DNA from: Christensenellales bacterium
GTDB taxonomy: Bacteria; Bacillota; Clostridia; Christensenellales; CALWSW01
DNA length: 64,000 nucleotides
Assembly (NCBI GenBank): GCA_040768925.1
Contig: JAXGLZ010000001.1
Location: 943,677-1,007,676 of the forward strand
Direction: 5' to 3'
Translations under genes and position numbers: made by a program
Shown: positions 20,490-29,090 of the stretch, in pieces
How the letters are laid out: each line of letters begins with the position of its first letter
How positions within the stretch are numbered: the first letter of the stretch is position 1
Notes under the pieces: model-generated
Databases searched by the model: none
What the model was told of the DNA's origin: nothing
The model's input: only the letters and a program-made list of their open reading frames with translations

Positions 20490-21122
20490 ATGAAGCTTGC
20501 GATTTTTGATTTTGACGGAACCCTTTTCGAATCCGCCGGATACTGGACTGCGGTGATTTCGGACTATGTGCGCGAACGGGGCGGAACGCCGCCCCCCGAC
20601 GTCGTGGGGCTGGTCAAACCACTGGGGATGACCCTGGGCGCCAAGTTCTTCAAGGAACAGTACGGCTTGCCCGAAGAGATTCCCGAAATCGTCAGGGAAT
20701 GGCGCGGCGAGATGGGCCGGCATTACCGCCTGAACATTCCGGTCAGGAAGGGCGCGCGGGAATATATCCAGAGGCTCAGGGCAATGGGGATCACGATTTG
20801 CATGGCCACGGCAATGGAGAAGGATTTTGTGACGGCGGCGCTCGAACGGACAAAGATGCGGGAGCTGTTTGATTCCGTCGTTACCATTGCGGATGTTCAG
20901 GCAAACAAAAACAGTCCGCGCATCTTCGAATACTGCGCGGAAAAGTACGGTCTTGATTACGGGGATTGCGCCGTGTTTGAGGACGCTCCCGCGGTCCTGC
21001 GCATGTGCAGGGAGGCCGGATTCGAAACCGTGGGCGTTTATGACGGCCTGACGGAAGGGGAGATCCCCCAGCTCAAGGAAGAGAGCGACAGGTTTGTGAT
21101 GTCCTTTGAAGAACTGCTCTGA
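20490..21122 (+). CDS. HAD-IA family hydrolase (phosphatase/beta-phosphoglucomutase-like)
   Basis: IFDFDGTL motif I, 210 aa. Confidence 0.85.
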   Translation: MKLAIFDFDGTLFESAGYWTAVISDYVRERGGTPPPDVVGLVKPLGMTLGAKFFKEQYGLPEEIPEIVREWRGEMGRHYRLNIPVRKGAREYIQRLRAMGITICMATAMEKDFVTAALERTKMRELFDSVVTIADVQANKNSPRIFEYCAEKYGLDYGDCAVFEDAPAVLRMCREAGFETVGVYDGLTEGEIPQLKEESDRFVMSFEELL

Positions 21123-21353
21123 CCGGGCGCGGCCCGCCTGGGCCCTTGCCCGGCCGATGACGCGATCCCGGCTTATCCGCCCCGAGCTCGGCGCTTTGGG
21201 CAAAAAAGCCCCTGCGGTTGTGCAGGCGCTTTTTTGCTCCATTTTTCTGTCAAAAAGGGAGCCTCCGCGGGCAAAACGTCCGGGCGCCCCGCCTTTGCCG
21301 GGCAACCCTGTTAAAAGCGGCCGCCGGAATTCCGACAATTGCAGCATGAATCA

Positions 21354-21382
21354 TTGACAGGAAAATCCCGTTATGGCATAAT
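21354..21382 (+). promoter_or_regulatory. promoter TTGACA-17-CATAAT upstream of MFS leader
   Basis: Read directly. Confidence 0.45.
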
Positions 21383-21412
21383 GGCAACAATTTATTTTTG
21401 GGAGCTGTATCC

Positions 21413-21514
21413 ATGGTCCGTTCCTCCGCAAAGCGCGCAAACCTGATCGGCCTGATTCGCCTTATTATTGCAGCCCTGCTGCCGGTAATAGGGTTTGGTC
21501 GCGTTTTGTGGTAA
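21413..21514 (+). CDS. candidate 33-aa leader/small hydrophobic peptide (MVRSSAKRANLIGLIRLIIAALLPVIGFGRVLW)
   Basis: GGGAG RBS 9 nt upstream; sits between the promoter and an intrinsic terminator. Confidence 0.3.
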   Translation: MVRSSAKRANLIGLIRLIIAALLPVIGFGRVLW

Positions 21515-21550
21515 GATCCCGCGTGCGGGTCATGCGTCCGTCAGGACCAA

Positions 21551-21586
21551 AAGCCTTACTGCAAGCAGTAAGGCTTTTATATATTT
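21551..21586 (+). terminator. intrinsic terminator/attenuator hairpin immediately upstream of the MFS gene RBS
   Basis: AAGCCTTACTGC-aa-GCAGTAAGGCTT followed by TTATATATTT. Confidence 0.6.
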
Positions 21587-21600
21587 GAAGGAGGATTCTT

Positions 21601-22812
21601 ATGAAAGCTTCACAGAGAACCGGACCCATCGCCGCGGCCATCGCGATACAGCTTTGCCTGGGTATCTCGTATATCTGGAGCGTGTTTCAGACCGGCGTCG
21701 CGGACAGTATCTTCAACGGCGACAACGCTCAGGCCGGCATGACCTTCTCCCTGCTGCTCTTCACCCTTTCGATCGGTAGCGTGATCGGGGGCAGGCTGGC
21801 GGCGAAATTATCCACCAGGGTCATCGTCATCATCGGCGGCATGATCGTCAGCGCCGGATTTATGCTTGCTTCCTTCGTCACCAGGCAAACCTACTGGCTG
21901 CTTTGGGTGGGCTACGGCCTGATGGGCGGCGTCGGCATGGGCTTTACCTATTCGACGACCATCGCCTGCGCCCAAAAGTGGTTCCCGGAAAAGAAGGGCT
22001 TTGTGACCGGGCTGATCGTTTCGGCCCTGGGCTTTGGCGGGGTCGTCTTTACGCCGATCATCGAGGCCCTCATCAAGGGCTTTGGCGGAGCCGGGGTTGG
22101 CGAACCCAAGACCTTTATGGTGCTGAGCGGGGTTTTTCTGGCGGTTTGCACCATCGGCGGGCTGTTTTTGAAGAATCCTCCCCAGGCGGAGGGCCAATCG
22201 GGTTCCGCCGCGGCAAAGGACAACAGCCTTTCCCCCGGCCGGGTGCTCAAAGACCCCAGATTTTATCTGATAACCGGCTCCATGATGCTCGCCTGCGTCG
22301 GCGGCCTGATGATGATCGGCTTTGCGAAGCCCATCGCGGTGGCGAAAGGGCTGGGCGAAACCGCCACGATCGGCGTGCTGGTCATCTCCATGTGCAATTC
22401 CCTCGGGCGGCTTTGCTGGGGCATGATCTCGGACAGGCTGGGCAGAAAAAGGACGATCCTGCTGCTGCTTGCGGGGTCGGGGGTCCTTTCTTTGCTGGTC
22501 AACAGCGCGAACGGCTATTTGATCTACGTCCTGATCGGCCTGATCGGGTTCTTTTACGGCGGCTTTTTGAGCAACTTTCCCTCTCTGACGGCCGACCTGT
22601 TCGGGCCCAGGTATCTGGCCATGAACTACGGCATGGTGATGGTGGGATTCGGCGTGGGCGCCGTGGCCTCCTCCTACATCGCCGGGTATTACAAGAATGC
22701 CGCCGCCGCGGATATCGCCCTGATGTCCCCGGCGTTCTTCATCGCCGCAGGCTGCGCCTGCGCGGCGGTCGTGCTGATGTTCCTTTTAAAAAAGGAACCG
22801 GCAAAAGAATAA
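21601..22812 (+). CDS. MFS transporter, oxalate/formate antiporter (OFA) family
   Basis: 403 aa, 12 TM; OFA-like N-terminus IAIQLCLGISYIWSVF; GAAGGAGG RBS. Confidence 0.85.
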   Translation: MKASQRTGPIAAAIAIQLCLGISYIWSVFQTGVADSIFNGDNAQAGMTFSLLLFTLSIGSVIGGRLAAKLSTRVIVIIGGMIVSAGFMLASFVTRQTYWLLWVGYGLMGGVGMGFTYSTTIACAQKWFPEKKGFVTGLIVSALGFGGVVFTPIIEALIKGFGGAGVGEPKTFMVLSGVFLAVCTIGGLFLKNPPQAEGQSGSAAAKDNSLSPGRVLKDPRFYLITGSMMLACVGGLMMIGFAKPIAVAKGLGETATIGVLVISMCNSLGRLCWGMISDRLGRKRTILLLLAGSGVLSLLVNSANGYLIYVLIGLIGFFYGGFLSNFPSLTADLFGPRYLAMNYGMVMVGFGVGAVASSYIAGYYKNAAAADIALMSPAFFIAAGCACAAVVLMFLLKKEPAKE

Positions 22813-22953
22813 GGCATCCGCGCGCCGGGGTGAAAACCCCGGTTTCTTGATTGAAAAGCGCGTGGAGGCAACGCAGCCGCGTTGTGGCAAATACAGGAAT
22901 GCGTTATAATTAACACGATATTCAATCGCCGGCAGCGGCAGGAGGGATGCTTG

Positions 22954-23868
22954 TTGAGCAATATCATCGAGGTTTCGGACCTGCACAAATCCTACGGGAA
23001 TGTGCACGCGGTCAAGGGGCTGGATTTTTACGTGGAAAGCGGAAAGATCTTTGCTTTTCTGGGGCCCAACGGCGCGGGTAAATCCACAACGATCGATATC
23101 ATCTGCACCTTTTTGCAGCCGGACAGCGGCAGGGCCGTGGTGGACGGAAACGTTCTGGGCAAAAGCGACAACGCGATCCGTTCCGCCATCGGCGTGGTGT
23201 TCCAGGACGGCCTGCTGGACGACCTGCTCACGGTCCGGGAAAACCTGAAAATACGCGGCGGTTTTTACGGCATGAAGGGCCGCGCGCTGGAAGAAAAGAT
23301 CGGCGAAGTCGCAAAGACTATGGGGATCACCGAAATTCTCAGGCGGCCCTACGGCAAATTGTCCGGCGGCCAAAAGAGACGGTGCGACATTGCCCGGGCG
23401 CTGATCAACACGCCGAAGATCCTGTTTTTGGACGAACCGACGACCGGCCTGGACCCCCAGACCAGAAAAAGCGTTTGGGAAACCATAACCGCCCTGCAAA
23501 GGGAAGCGGGGATGACGATCTTCCTCACCACGCATTACATGGAAGAAGCCGCGGGGGCCGATTTCGTCATCGTGATCGACGATGGAAGGATCGTGGCGAA
23601 GGGCACGCCCTCCGAGCTGAAAGAAAGATATACGACGGATAAGCTCACGCTGATCTGCGCCGATCTTGGGAAGGTCCGCTCCATTTTGAAGGAGCAGAAC
23701 CTGAAGTTTTCCACAGAGGCGAACAAAGCGACCGTCGCGATCCCGTCGACCATGGCGGCGCTGCCGGTGATCCAGCTGGCCAGGGACTTTATTTCGGGCT
23801 TTGAGGTGACGACCGGGACGATGGACGACGCCTTTATCGCCATAACGGGGAAGGAGATACGGGAATGA
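22954..23868 (+). CDS. ABC transporter ATP-binding protein (ABC-2 type), TTG start
   Basis: Walker A GPNGAGKST, signature LSGGQKRR, Walker B ILFLDEP; GGAGGG RBS before the TTG at 22954. Confidence 0.85.
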   Translation: MSNIIEVSDLHKSYGNVHAVKGLDFYVESGKIFAFLGPNGAGKSTTIDIICTFLQPDSGRAVVDGNVLGKSDNAIRSAIGVVFQDGLLDDLLTVRENLKIRGGFYGMKGRALEEKIGEVAKTMGITEILRRPYGKLSGGQKRRCDIARALINTPKILFLDEPTTGLDPQTRKSVWETITALQREAGMTIFLTTHYMEEAAGADFVIVIDDGRIVAKGTPSELKERYTTDKLTLICADLGKVRSILKEQNLKFSTEANKATVAIPSTMAALPVIQLARDFISGFEVTTGTMDDAFIAITGKEIRE

Positions 23869-24719
23869 TCGGGTTTGCGAAGAGGAATCTCCTGGTCTTT
23901 TTTAAGGATAAAACCGCGGTGTTTTTTTCGCTGCTGGCCGTGTTCATCATCATCGGGCTTTATACCCTGTTTTTGGGAGACGTTTGGGTGAGCAGCTTTC
24001 AGGGCATGAGCGGGGTCCGGTATCTGATGGACAGCTGGATCATGTCCGGCATCCTGGCCGTAACCTCGGTCACCACCACTATGGGCGCCTTCGGCATCAT
24101 GGTGGAAGATAAGGTGAAGAAGATCAACAAGGACATCATCGCTTCCCCGCTGACGAGGCGCGGCATCGCGGGGGGATACATCCTGAGCTCGTTTCTGATC
24201 GGCGTCATTATGAGCCTTGTTACCCTCGTTCTGGCGGAGATCTACGTGATCGCCAGCGGCGGGGCGCTGCTCGGCTTTGCCGCGCTGCTCAAGGTTCTCG
24301 CGCTGATCCTGATCTCCACCTTCATGAATACGTCCATCGTTTTTTTCCTGGTGTCCTTCTTCAAAAGCACGAACGCGTTTGCCACGGCCAGCACGGTCAT
24401 CGGCACCCTCATCGGTTTTCTGACCGGGATCTATATGCCCATCGGTCAGCTCCCCGGCGCCGTCCAATGGGTGATCAGGCTGTTCCCGGTCTCCCATTCG
24501 GCCACGCTTTTTAGGCAGGTCATGATGGCGGACCCGCTTTCGGCGACCTTTGCCGCCGCCCCGGCGGAGGCGACCCAGGCCTTCAAGGAAACCATGGGCG
24601 TCGTTTTGAAGTTCGGGGAAACCGAAGTTTCCCCCCTTGCCAGCCTGGCGATTCTGCTGCTGACCGCGGCGGTGTTCTACGGGCTGTCGATCTACAGGCT
24701 GTCCAGAAAAACGCGGTAA
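23865..24719 (+). CDS. ABC-2 family transporter permease
   Basis: 284 aa, 6 TM; 4-nt overlap with the ATPase gene. Confidence 0.8.
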   Translation: MIGFAKRNLLVFFKDKTAVFFSLLAVFIIIGLYTLFLGDVWVSSFQGMSGVRYLMDSWIMSGILAVTSVTTTMGAFGIMVEDKVKKINKDIIASPLTRRGIAGGYILSSFLIGVIMSLVTLVLAEIYVIASGGALLGFAALLKVLALILISTFMNTSIVFFLVSFFKSTNAFATASTVIGTLIGFLTGIYMPIGQLPGAVQWVIRLFPVSHSATLFRQVMMADPLSATFAAAPAEATQAFKETMGVVLKFGETEVSPLASLAILLLTAAVFYGLSIYRLSRKTR

Positions 24720-24763
24720 CGGCCTTTTGAAACCCCGGCGGAAGGGAACCTTTGCAAAAAAAC

Positions 24764-24792
24764 GAAACCACCGGTTTTTGCCGGTGGTTTTA
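24764..24792 (+). terminator. terminator hairpin (GAAACCACCGG-ttttt-CCGGTGGTTTT)
   Basis: Read directly; a near-identical copy lies at 24970-24996. Confidence 0.6.
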
Positions 24793-24937
24793 GATCGCCG
24801 GAAATCCTATCCCGGGGTTTTAAGGGCCGCAGCCCCTGAGGCTCAATCAAAACTGACGACATGCGCGTCAGTTTTGCCGTATTATTTCGGTCGTAATTGA
24901 CCGAAATCACCTTGCGCGAAGCGAAAAGCCAACCGGC

Positions 24938-24963
24938 GAAAAAGGCCCGCAGGCCTTTTTTGA
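24938..24963 (+). terminator. terminator hairpin (AAAGGCC-cgc-AGGCC + T7)
   Basis: Read directly. Confidence 0.55.
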
Positions 24964-24969
24964 CGCTCT

Positions 24970-24996
24970 GAAACCACCGGCTTTGCCGGTGGTTTT
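24970..24996 (-). terminator. second copy of the ACCACCGG hairpin, likely terminator for the minus-strand gene at 25030-25713
   Basis: Read directly. Confidence 0.5.
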
Positions 24997-25029
24997 CAAC
25001 ATGCCGGTCGCCCCGCGCGGATGAGCCGC

Positions 25030-25713
25030 TCAATTGATGATCGGGTCGATGACGATGGGGGAATCCTCGTCGCAATCGCAGGAAAGCTCAAACAGGAATT
25101 CCGTATCCCCCGCCAGCTTATAGGAGCAGCCGATGGGGGTGAATTCCGCGTCGACGACCTGCCAGGCTTTCGGCGCTGCGTCTTTGAGCGTGCCGAGGGC
25201 ATGGTGGACCAGCAGGCAGCCGTCCCTGTCGATTTCCAGGCTCTGCGCGCCTTCCCAGCGCAGCCGGATGCAACCGGCAATGCCGGGGGCGTCCACCACC
25301 CAGTTCATTTTCAGGCCGGAGTCGCATTCGGAAAGTTCGAGGTCAACGCCGTCCCAAACGTCGGAATACTTGAGCATCCCATAAGCCGAAACGGTTTCGC
25401 CGCACTTTTTGGGGCATTCGCCGTTGGGCTGGCGGAGCTGTTCGTGATTCAGCAAAAATCCGGCCGGCGCGTTTTCTCTGGCCCCGACGAAGCGGAGCGC
25501 CAGGCAGGGGCAATTCGCGGCGTCCTCCCCGGGTTTGCTCTGTGCAGCGTCTTTTTTAATGATCGCGATCCTGTCCTTTTCAAAAAGGAGTTTTTGCCCG
25601 TTGCAGCTGGCGGTAAAAACAGCCCGCCCGTCCTCCTGACCGCGGTTTTCGATGAACCGCAGGGGCTTTTTGATTTTTTTGACGGATTCTATATGCAATT
25701 CATGATTAGACAT
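25030..25713 (-). CDS. conserved hypothetical protein resembling the N-terminal domain of SBBP/beta-propeller surface proteins (FIENRGQ ... IRLRWEG motifs); paralog A
   Basis: 227 aa; clearly paralogous to the ORF at 32256-32951 (shared VWDGVDLE / LxFNW / IRLxWEG / DSPIVIDPII). Confidence 0.6.
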   Translation of the reverse strand: MSNHELHIESVKKIKKPLRFIENRGQEDGRAVFTASCNGQKLLFEKDRIAIIKKDAAQSKPGEDAANCPCLALRFVGARENAPAGFLLNHEQLRQPNGECPKKCGETVSAYGMLKYSDVWDGVDLELSECDSGLKMNWVVDAPGIAGCIRLRWEGAQSLEIDRDGCLLVHHALGTLKDAAPKAWQVVDAEFTPIGCSYKLAGDTEFLFELSCDCDEDSPIVIDPIIN

Positions 25714-26340
25714 ATCTTAACACCTCAAAAATGGTTTTGGCCTTCCCATACTTATACTATGCATAAACCGCAGTATTGGGCATCGCTTCGCGGTGTGGAC
25801 AAGATAAGAGCTTATTAGGAAAGTTTGAGATTTTATCATAGAAGATTATTACAAATTGAAAAGTCTATCAGGATTCACAAATATGCGGAGTGAAAAAGTC
25901 TTATGATGTATAATACCAAAAATCGGAATTAGAGGTGAGAGCGTTGAATAGGGGGGGATTTACCGGATATCCTGTATAGCGCTATTAAAGATTTGGGCGG
26001 AAAAACAAGTATAATAGCGGTTTGCAGATGTGCTTGGGATCGTTATCGAAAAGAGCTTTCGAATTCTGGGGATTTGTTTTATACCTGGCAATATGATATT
26101 CGTTGGGCAGCTACAGAATTGAGGAAGACAGAGCGGATGAAAGCCGCAGAAGAAAGCCCAAGAGGCGTATGGGAAGTAATCTACTAATATCGCCAGCTGC
26201 GCTGCTTACAAAAAAGCTTTATGAAATCCAAGATCTCGGATATTCATAAAGCTTTTGCTATTTGATTCGGGCAATTTACGGGATAAAGAACCGCGACTAG
26301 TGACCGCCGGTTCATCGGCAAAGCCGGGCCTTGGCCCGGG

Positions 26341-27225
26341 CTAGCCCTCTTCGGCCCTGCCGAACCGGCGCAGAAGGTAATCCCTGAATTCCTTGGCGCA
26401 GGAGGGGGAATGGGCGTTTTCATCATAAATCAAATCGATCCTGGATTCGATCCGGCAGTCCTCAAGCTGCCGGACCGCGACTTTGGGATCGTCCGTCTGC
26501 CGGGTTGCGGAGGCGGGAACAAGGCCGACGCCCAGGCCCTCCTTTGCAAGCGCCACGGCGGTGCGGGCGTCGTCGCAGACGCATCTGCAATTCAGGGGCA
26601 AGCCTGCCTTGTCGAACTCGCTTTCGATGATCGCCGCCCACCGGCGGTAAAGCACCACCGGCAGGGCGGAAAGGGCGGCCAGGGAAACCGATCGGCCGGC
26701 GGGGAAAAAGGCTTCCTGCCCGATCGCCACCAGGGATTCGGTTTTTAGCGCTTCGGCGGTTACCCCTTCGGCGGCATAGGGCGTGCGCACGATGGCAAGG
26801 TGCAGAATGTTTGACCTGAGCTTTTCGATCAGCTCATAGGTATTCGCTTCGTAAATCGAAAAGCCGACCTTCGGGTGGCGACTGGAAAATTCCGCGATCC
26901 AACGGGTCGCCATGGGGGAAACGACGGAGGAAACGATGCCGCAGCGGATCGTTCCCGCCTCCGCTTCCGCGTATTCCTGCATTTCTTCTTTGGTGACCCG
27001 GGTGATTTCCAACAGCGCCTTCGCTTTGGCATAAAGCTGCTTTCCCGCCTCGGTCAGGCGGATGCCGCGCTGACCGCGCGCAAAAAGCACGCAGCCGAGC
27101 TCGCTCTCCAGCAGCTTCATCTGGGTGCTGAGGGGCGGCTGGGACATAAAGAGCTTTTTTGCCGCGGCGCTGATCGTGCCTTCTTTGACAACCGCAACAA
27201 AATACTGCAACTGCTTAAGATCCAT
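26341..27225 (-). CDS. LysR family transcriptional regulator
   Basis: MDLKQLQYFVAVVKEGTISAAAKKLFMSQPPLS HTH; start at MDL (GGAGG RBS); divergent from the ABC exporter genes. Confidence 0.9.
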   Translation of the reverse strand: MDLKQLQYFVAVVKEGTISAAAKKLFMSQPPLSTQMKLLESELGCVLFARGQRGIRLTEAGKQLYAKAKALLEITRVTKEEMQEYAEAEAGTIRCGIVSSVVSPMATRWIAEFSSRHPKVGFSIYEANTYELIEKLRSNILHLAIVRTPYAAEGVTAEALKTESLVAIGQEAFFPAGRSVSLAALSALPVVLYRRWAAIIESEFDKAGLPLNCRCVCDDARTAVALAKEGLGVGLVPASATRQTDDPKVAVRQLEDCRIESRIDLIYDENAHSPSCAKEFRDYLLRRFGRAEEG

Positions 27226-27356
27226 GCGGCCTCCATACACAAAGCGTATAAATACTATACCAAAAGAATATGGCATCGCTTCAAAATATATCAAACGCCT
27301 ATTGAAGCCATGTTATAATAAAACCTGTGCAAGATCAATCAACATGGAGACAGGAA

Positions 27357-29090
27357 TTGAAAAAGCTGCTGATTTACCTGAAAGATTACAAAAGAGAGAG
27401 CATCCTCGGTCCGTTTTTCAAGATGCTGGAAGCGACCTTCGAGCTGCTGGTGCCGCTGGTCATGGCGGCGATCATCGACGTCGGCATCGCCCAAAGGGAC
27501 GGGGGGTATATCCTCAGGATGTGCCTCTTGATCGCGGCGCTGGGGGCCGTGGGCCTGATCAGCACGATAACCGCCCAGTATTACGCGGCAAAGGCCGCCG
27601 CGGGTTTTGCAAAAAAGCTTAAGCACGCGCTGTTTTCGCACATTCAGCGCTTTTCATATTCCGAGCTGGATAGTCTGGGCGCCCCGACGATGATCACGCG
27701 AATGACCAGCGACGCAAACCAGGTGCAGACCGGGATCAACCTGACGCTGCGGCTGCTTTTGCGCTCGCCCTTTGTGGTATTTGGCGCCATGATCATGGCT
27801 TTTACGATCGATTCCCGGGCGGCTCTCGTTTTTGCGGGGGTGATCCCCGTGCTTTCGCTGGTGGTTTTCGGCATCATGCTCTGGTGCGTCCCGCTCTATA
27901 AAAAAGTGCAGGCAAAGCTGGACCGGGTGCTGGGAATGACCCGGGAAAACCTGACCGGCGCAAGGGTGATCCGCGCGTTTTGCAAGGAAGAGGACGAGAC
28001 CCGGGAATTTTCGGCGAGGAACGAAGAGCTGGAGCGGGCCCAGAAATTTGTGGGCAGGATTTCCGCCCTGATGAACCCGGCGACCTACGCGATCATCAAC
28101 ATCGCCGTCGCCGGGCTGATCTGGATCGGCGCGATCCGGGTGGGCGCGGGGCTGATCACCCAGGGCGCCGTCGTCGCGCTGTACAACTACATGTCTCAGA
28201 TCCTGATCGAGCTGATCAAGCTCGCGAACCTCATCATCACCATCACCCGATCGATCGCCAGCGGCAACCGGATTCAGGACGTTTTTGAGATCCGGCCGAC
28301 GATGGCTTCCCAAAGCGGCGAAAAGCCGGTTGAAAGCGGCGAAACCGCCGTTGAATTCAGGAACGTGGGCCTGCGCTACCAGGACGCGGGCGGCAACGCG
28401 CTGACAGGCATCGCTTTTTCCGCAAGGCGGGGGGAGACGATCGGCATCATCGGCGGAACGGGCTCGGGCAAGTCCTCCCTCGTGAACCTGATTCCCCGCT
28501 TTTATGACGCCACCGAGGGCGAAGTGCTGATCGGCGGCGCAAACGTCAAAGAGTACCCGGTAAAGGATCTGCGCGCCAGGATCGGAATCGTGCCGCAAAA
28601 GGCGGTGCTTTTTTCCGGCAGCATCCGGGAAAACCTGCGCTGGGGCAAGGAAGACGCCACGGACGACGAGATGATGGCAGCCCTGAAGACCGCCCAGGCG
28701 ATGGACATCGTCAAAAGCAAGGGCGGGCTGGATGATCGAATCGAACAGGGCGGGAAGAACCTTTCCGGCGGGCAGCGGCAAAGGCTGACCATCGCCCGGG
28801 CGCTGGTCAGAAAGCCGGAAATCCTCATCCTGGACGACAGCGCCTCAGCGTTGGATTTTGCCACGGACGCGGCCTTGCGGAAAGCGATCCAGGAACTTGA
28901 GGACAGGCCCACAGTGTTCATCGTTTCCCAGCGGGCTTCCGCCATCCAGCACGCGGATCAGATCATCGTGCTGGAGGACGGCCGCGTGGTGGGGATTGGC
29001 AAAAGCGACGTGCTTTTGGCGGATTGCGAGGTCTACAGAGAGATCTACGATTCCCAGTTCAGAAAGGAGGGGAAGGCGGTTGTCGGATAA
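27357..29090 (+). CDS. ABC transporter ATP-binding/permease protein (type I exporter, heterodimer subunit A)
   Basis: 6-TM domain plus Walker A GGTGSGKSS, LSGGQRQR, ILILDD; TTG start after GGAG (alternative ATG at 27327). Confidence 0.9.
   Translation: MKKLLIYLKDYKRESILGPFFKMLEATFELLVPLVMAAIIDVGIAQRDGGYILRMCLLIAALGAVGLISTITAQYYAAKAAAGFAKKLKHALFSHIQRFSYSELDSLGAPTMITRMTSDANQVQTGINLTLRLLLRSPFVVFGAMIMAFTIDSRAALVFAGVIPVLSLVVFGIMLWCVPLYKKVQAKLDRVLGMTRENLTGARVIRAFCKEEDETREFSARNEELERAQKFVGRISALMNPATYAIINIAVAGLIWIGAIRVGAGLITQGAVVALYNYMSQILIELIKLANLIITITRSIASGNRIQDVFEIRPTMASQSGEKPVESGETAVEFRNVGLRYQDAGGNALTGIAFSARRGETIGIIGGTGSGKSSLVNLIPRFYDATEGEVLIGGANVKEYPVKDLRARIGIVPQKAVLFSGSIRENLRWGKEDATDDEMMAALKTAQAMDIVKSKGGLDDRIEQGGKNLSGGQRQRLTIARALVRKPEILILDDSASALDFATDAALRKAIQELEDRPTVFIVSQRASAIQHADQIIVLEDGRVVGIGKSDVLLADCEVYREIYDSQFRKEGKAVVG

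Noticed and set aside
20439-21347. 302-aa minus-strand ORF
   Set aside because: Antisense to the HAD hydrolase gene
23535-24497. 320-aa minus-strand ORF
   Set aside because: Antisense to the ABC-2 permease; His/Asp/Gly-rich nonsense translation
27654-28781. 375-aa minus-strand ORF
   Set aside because: Antisense to the ABC exporter subunit A
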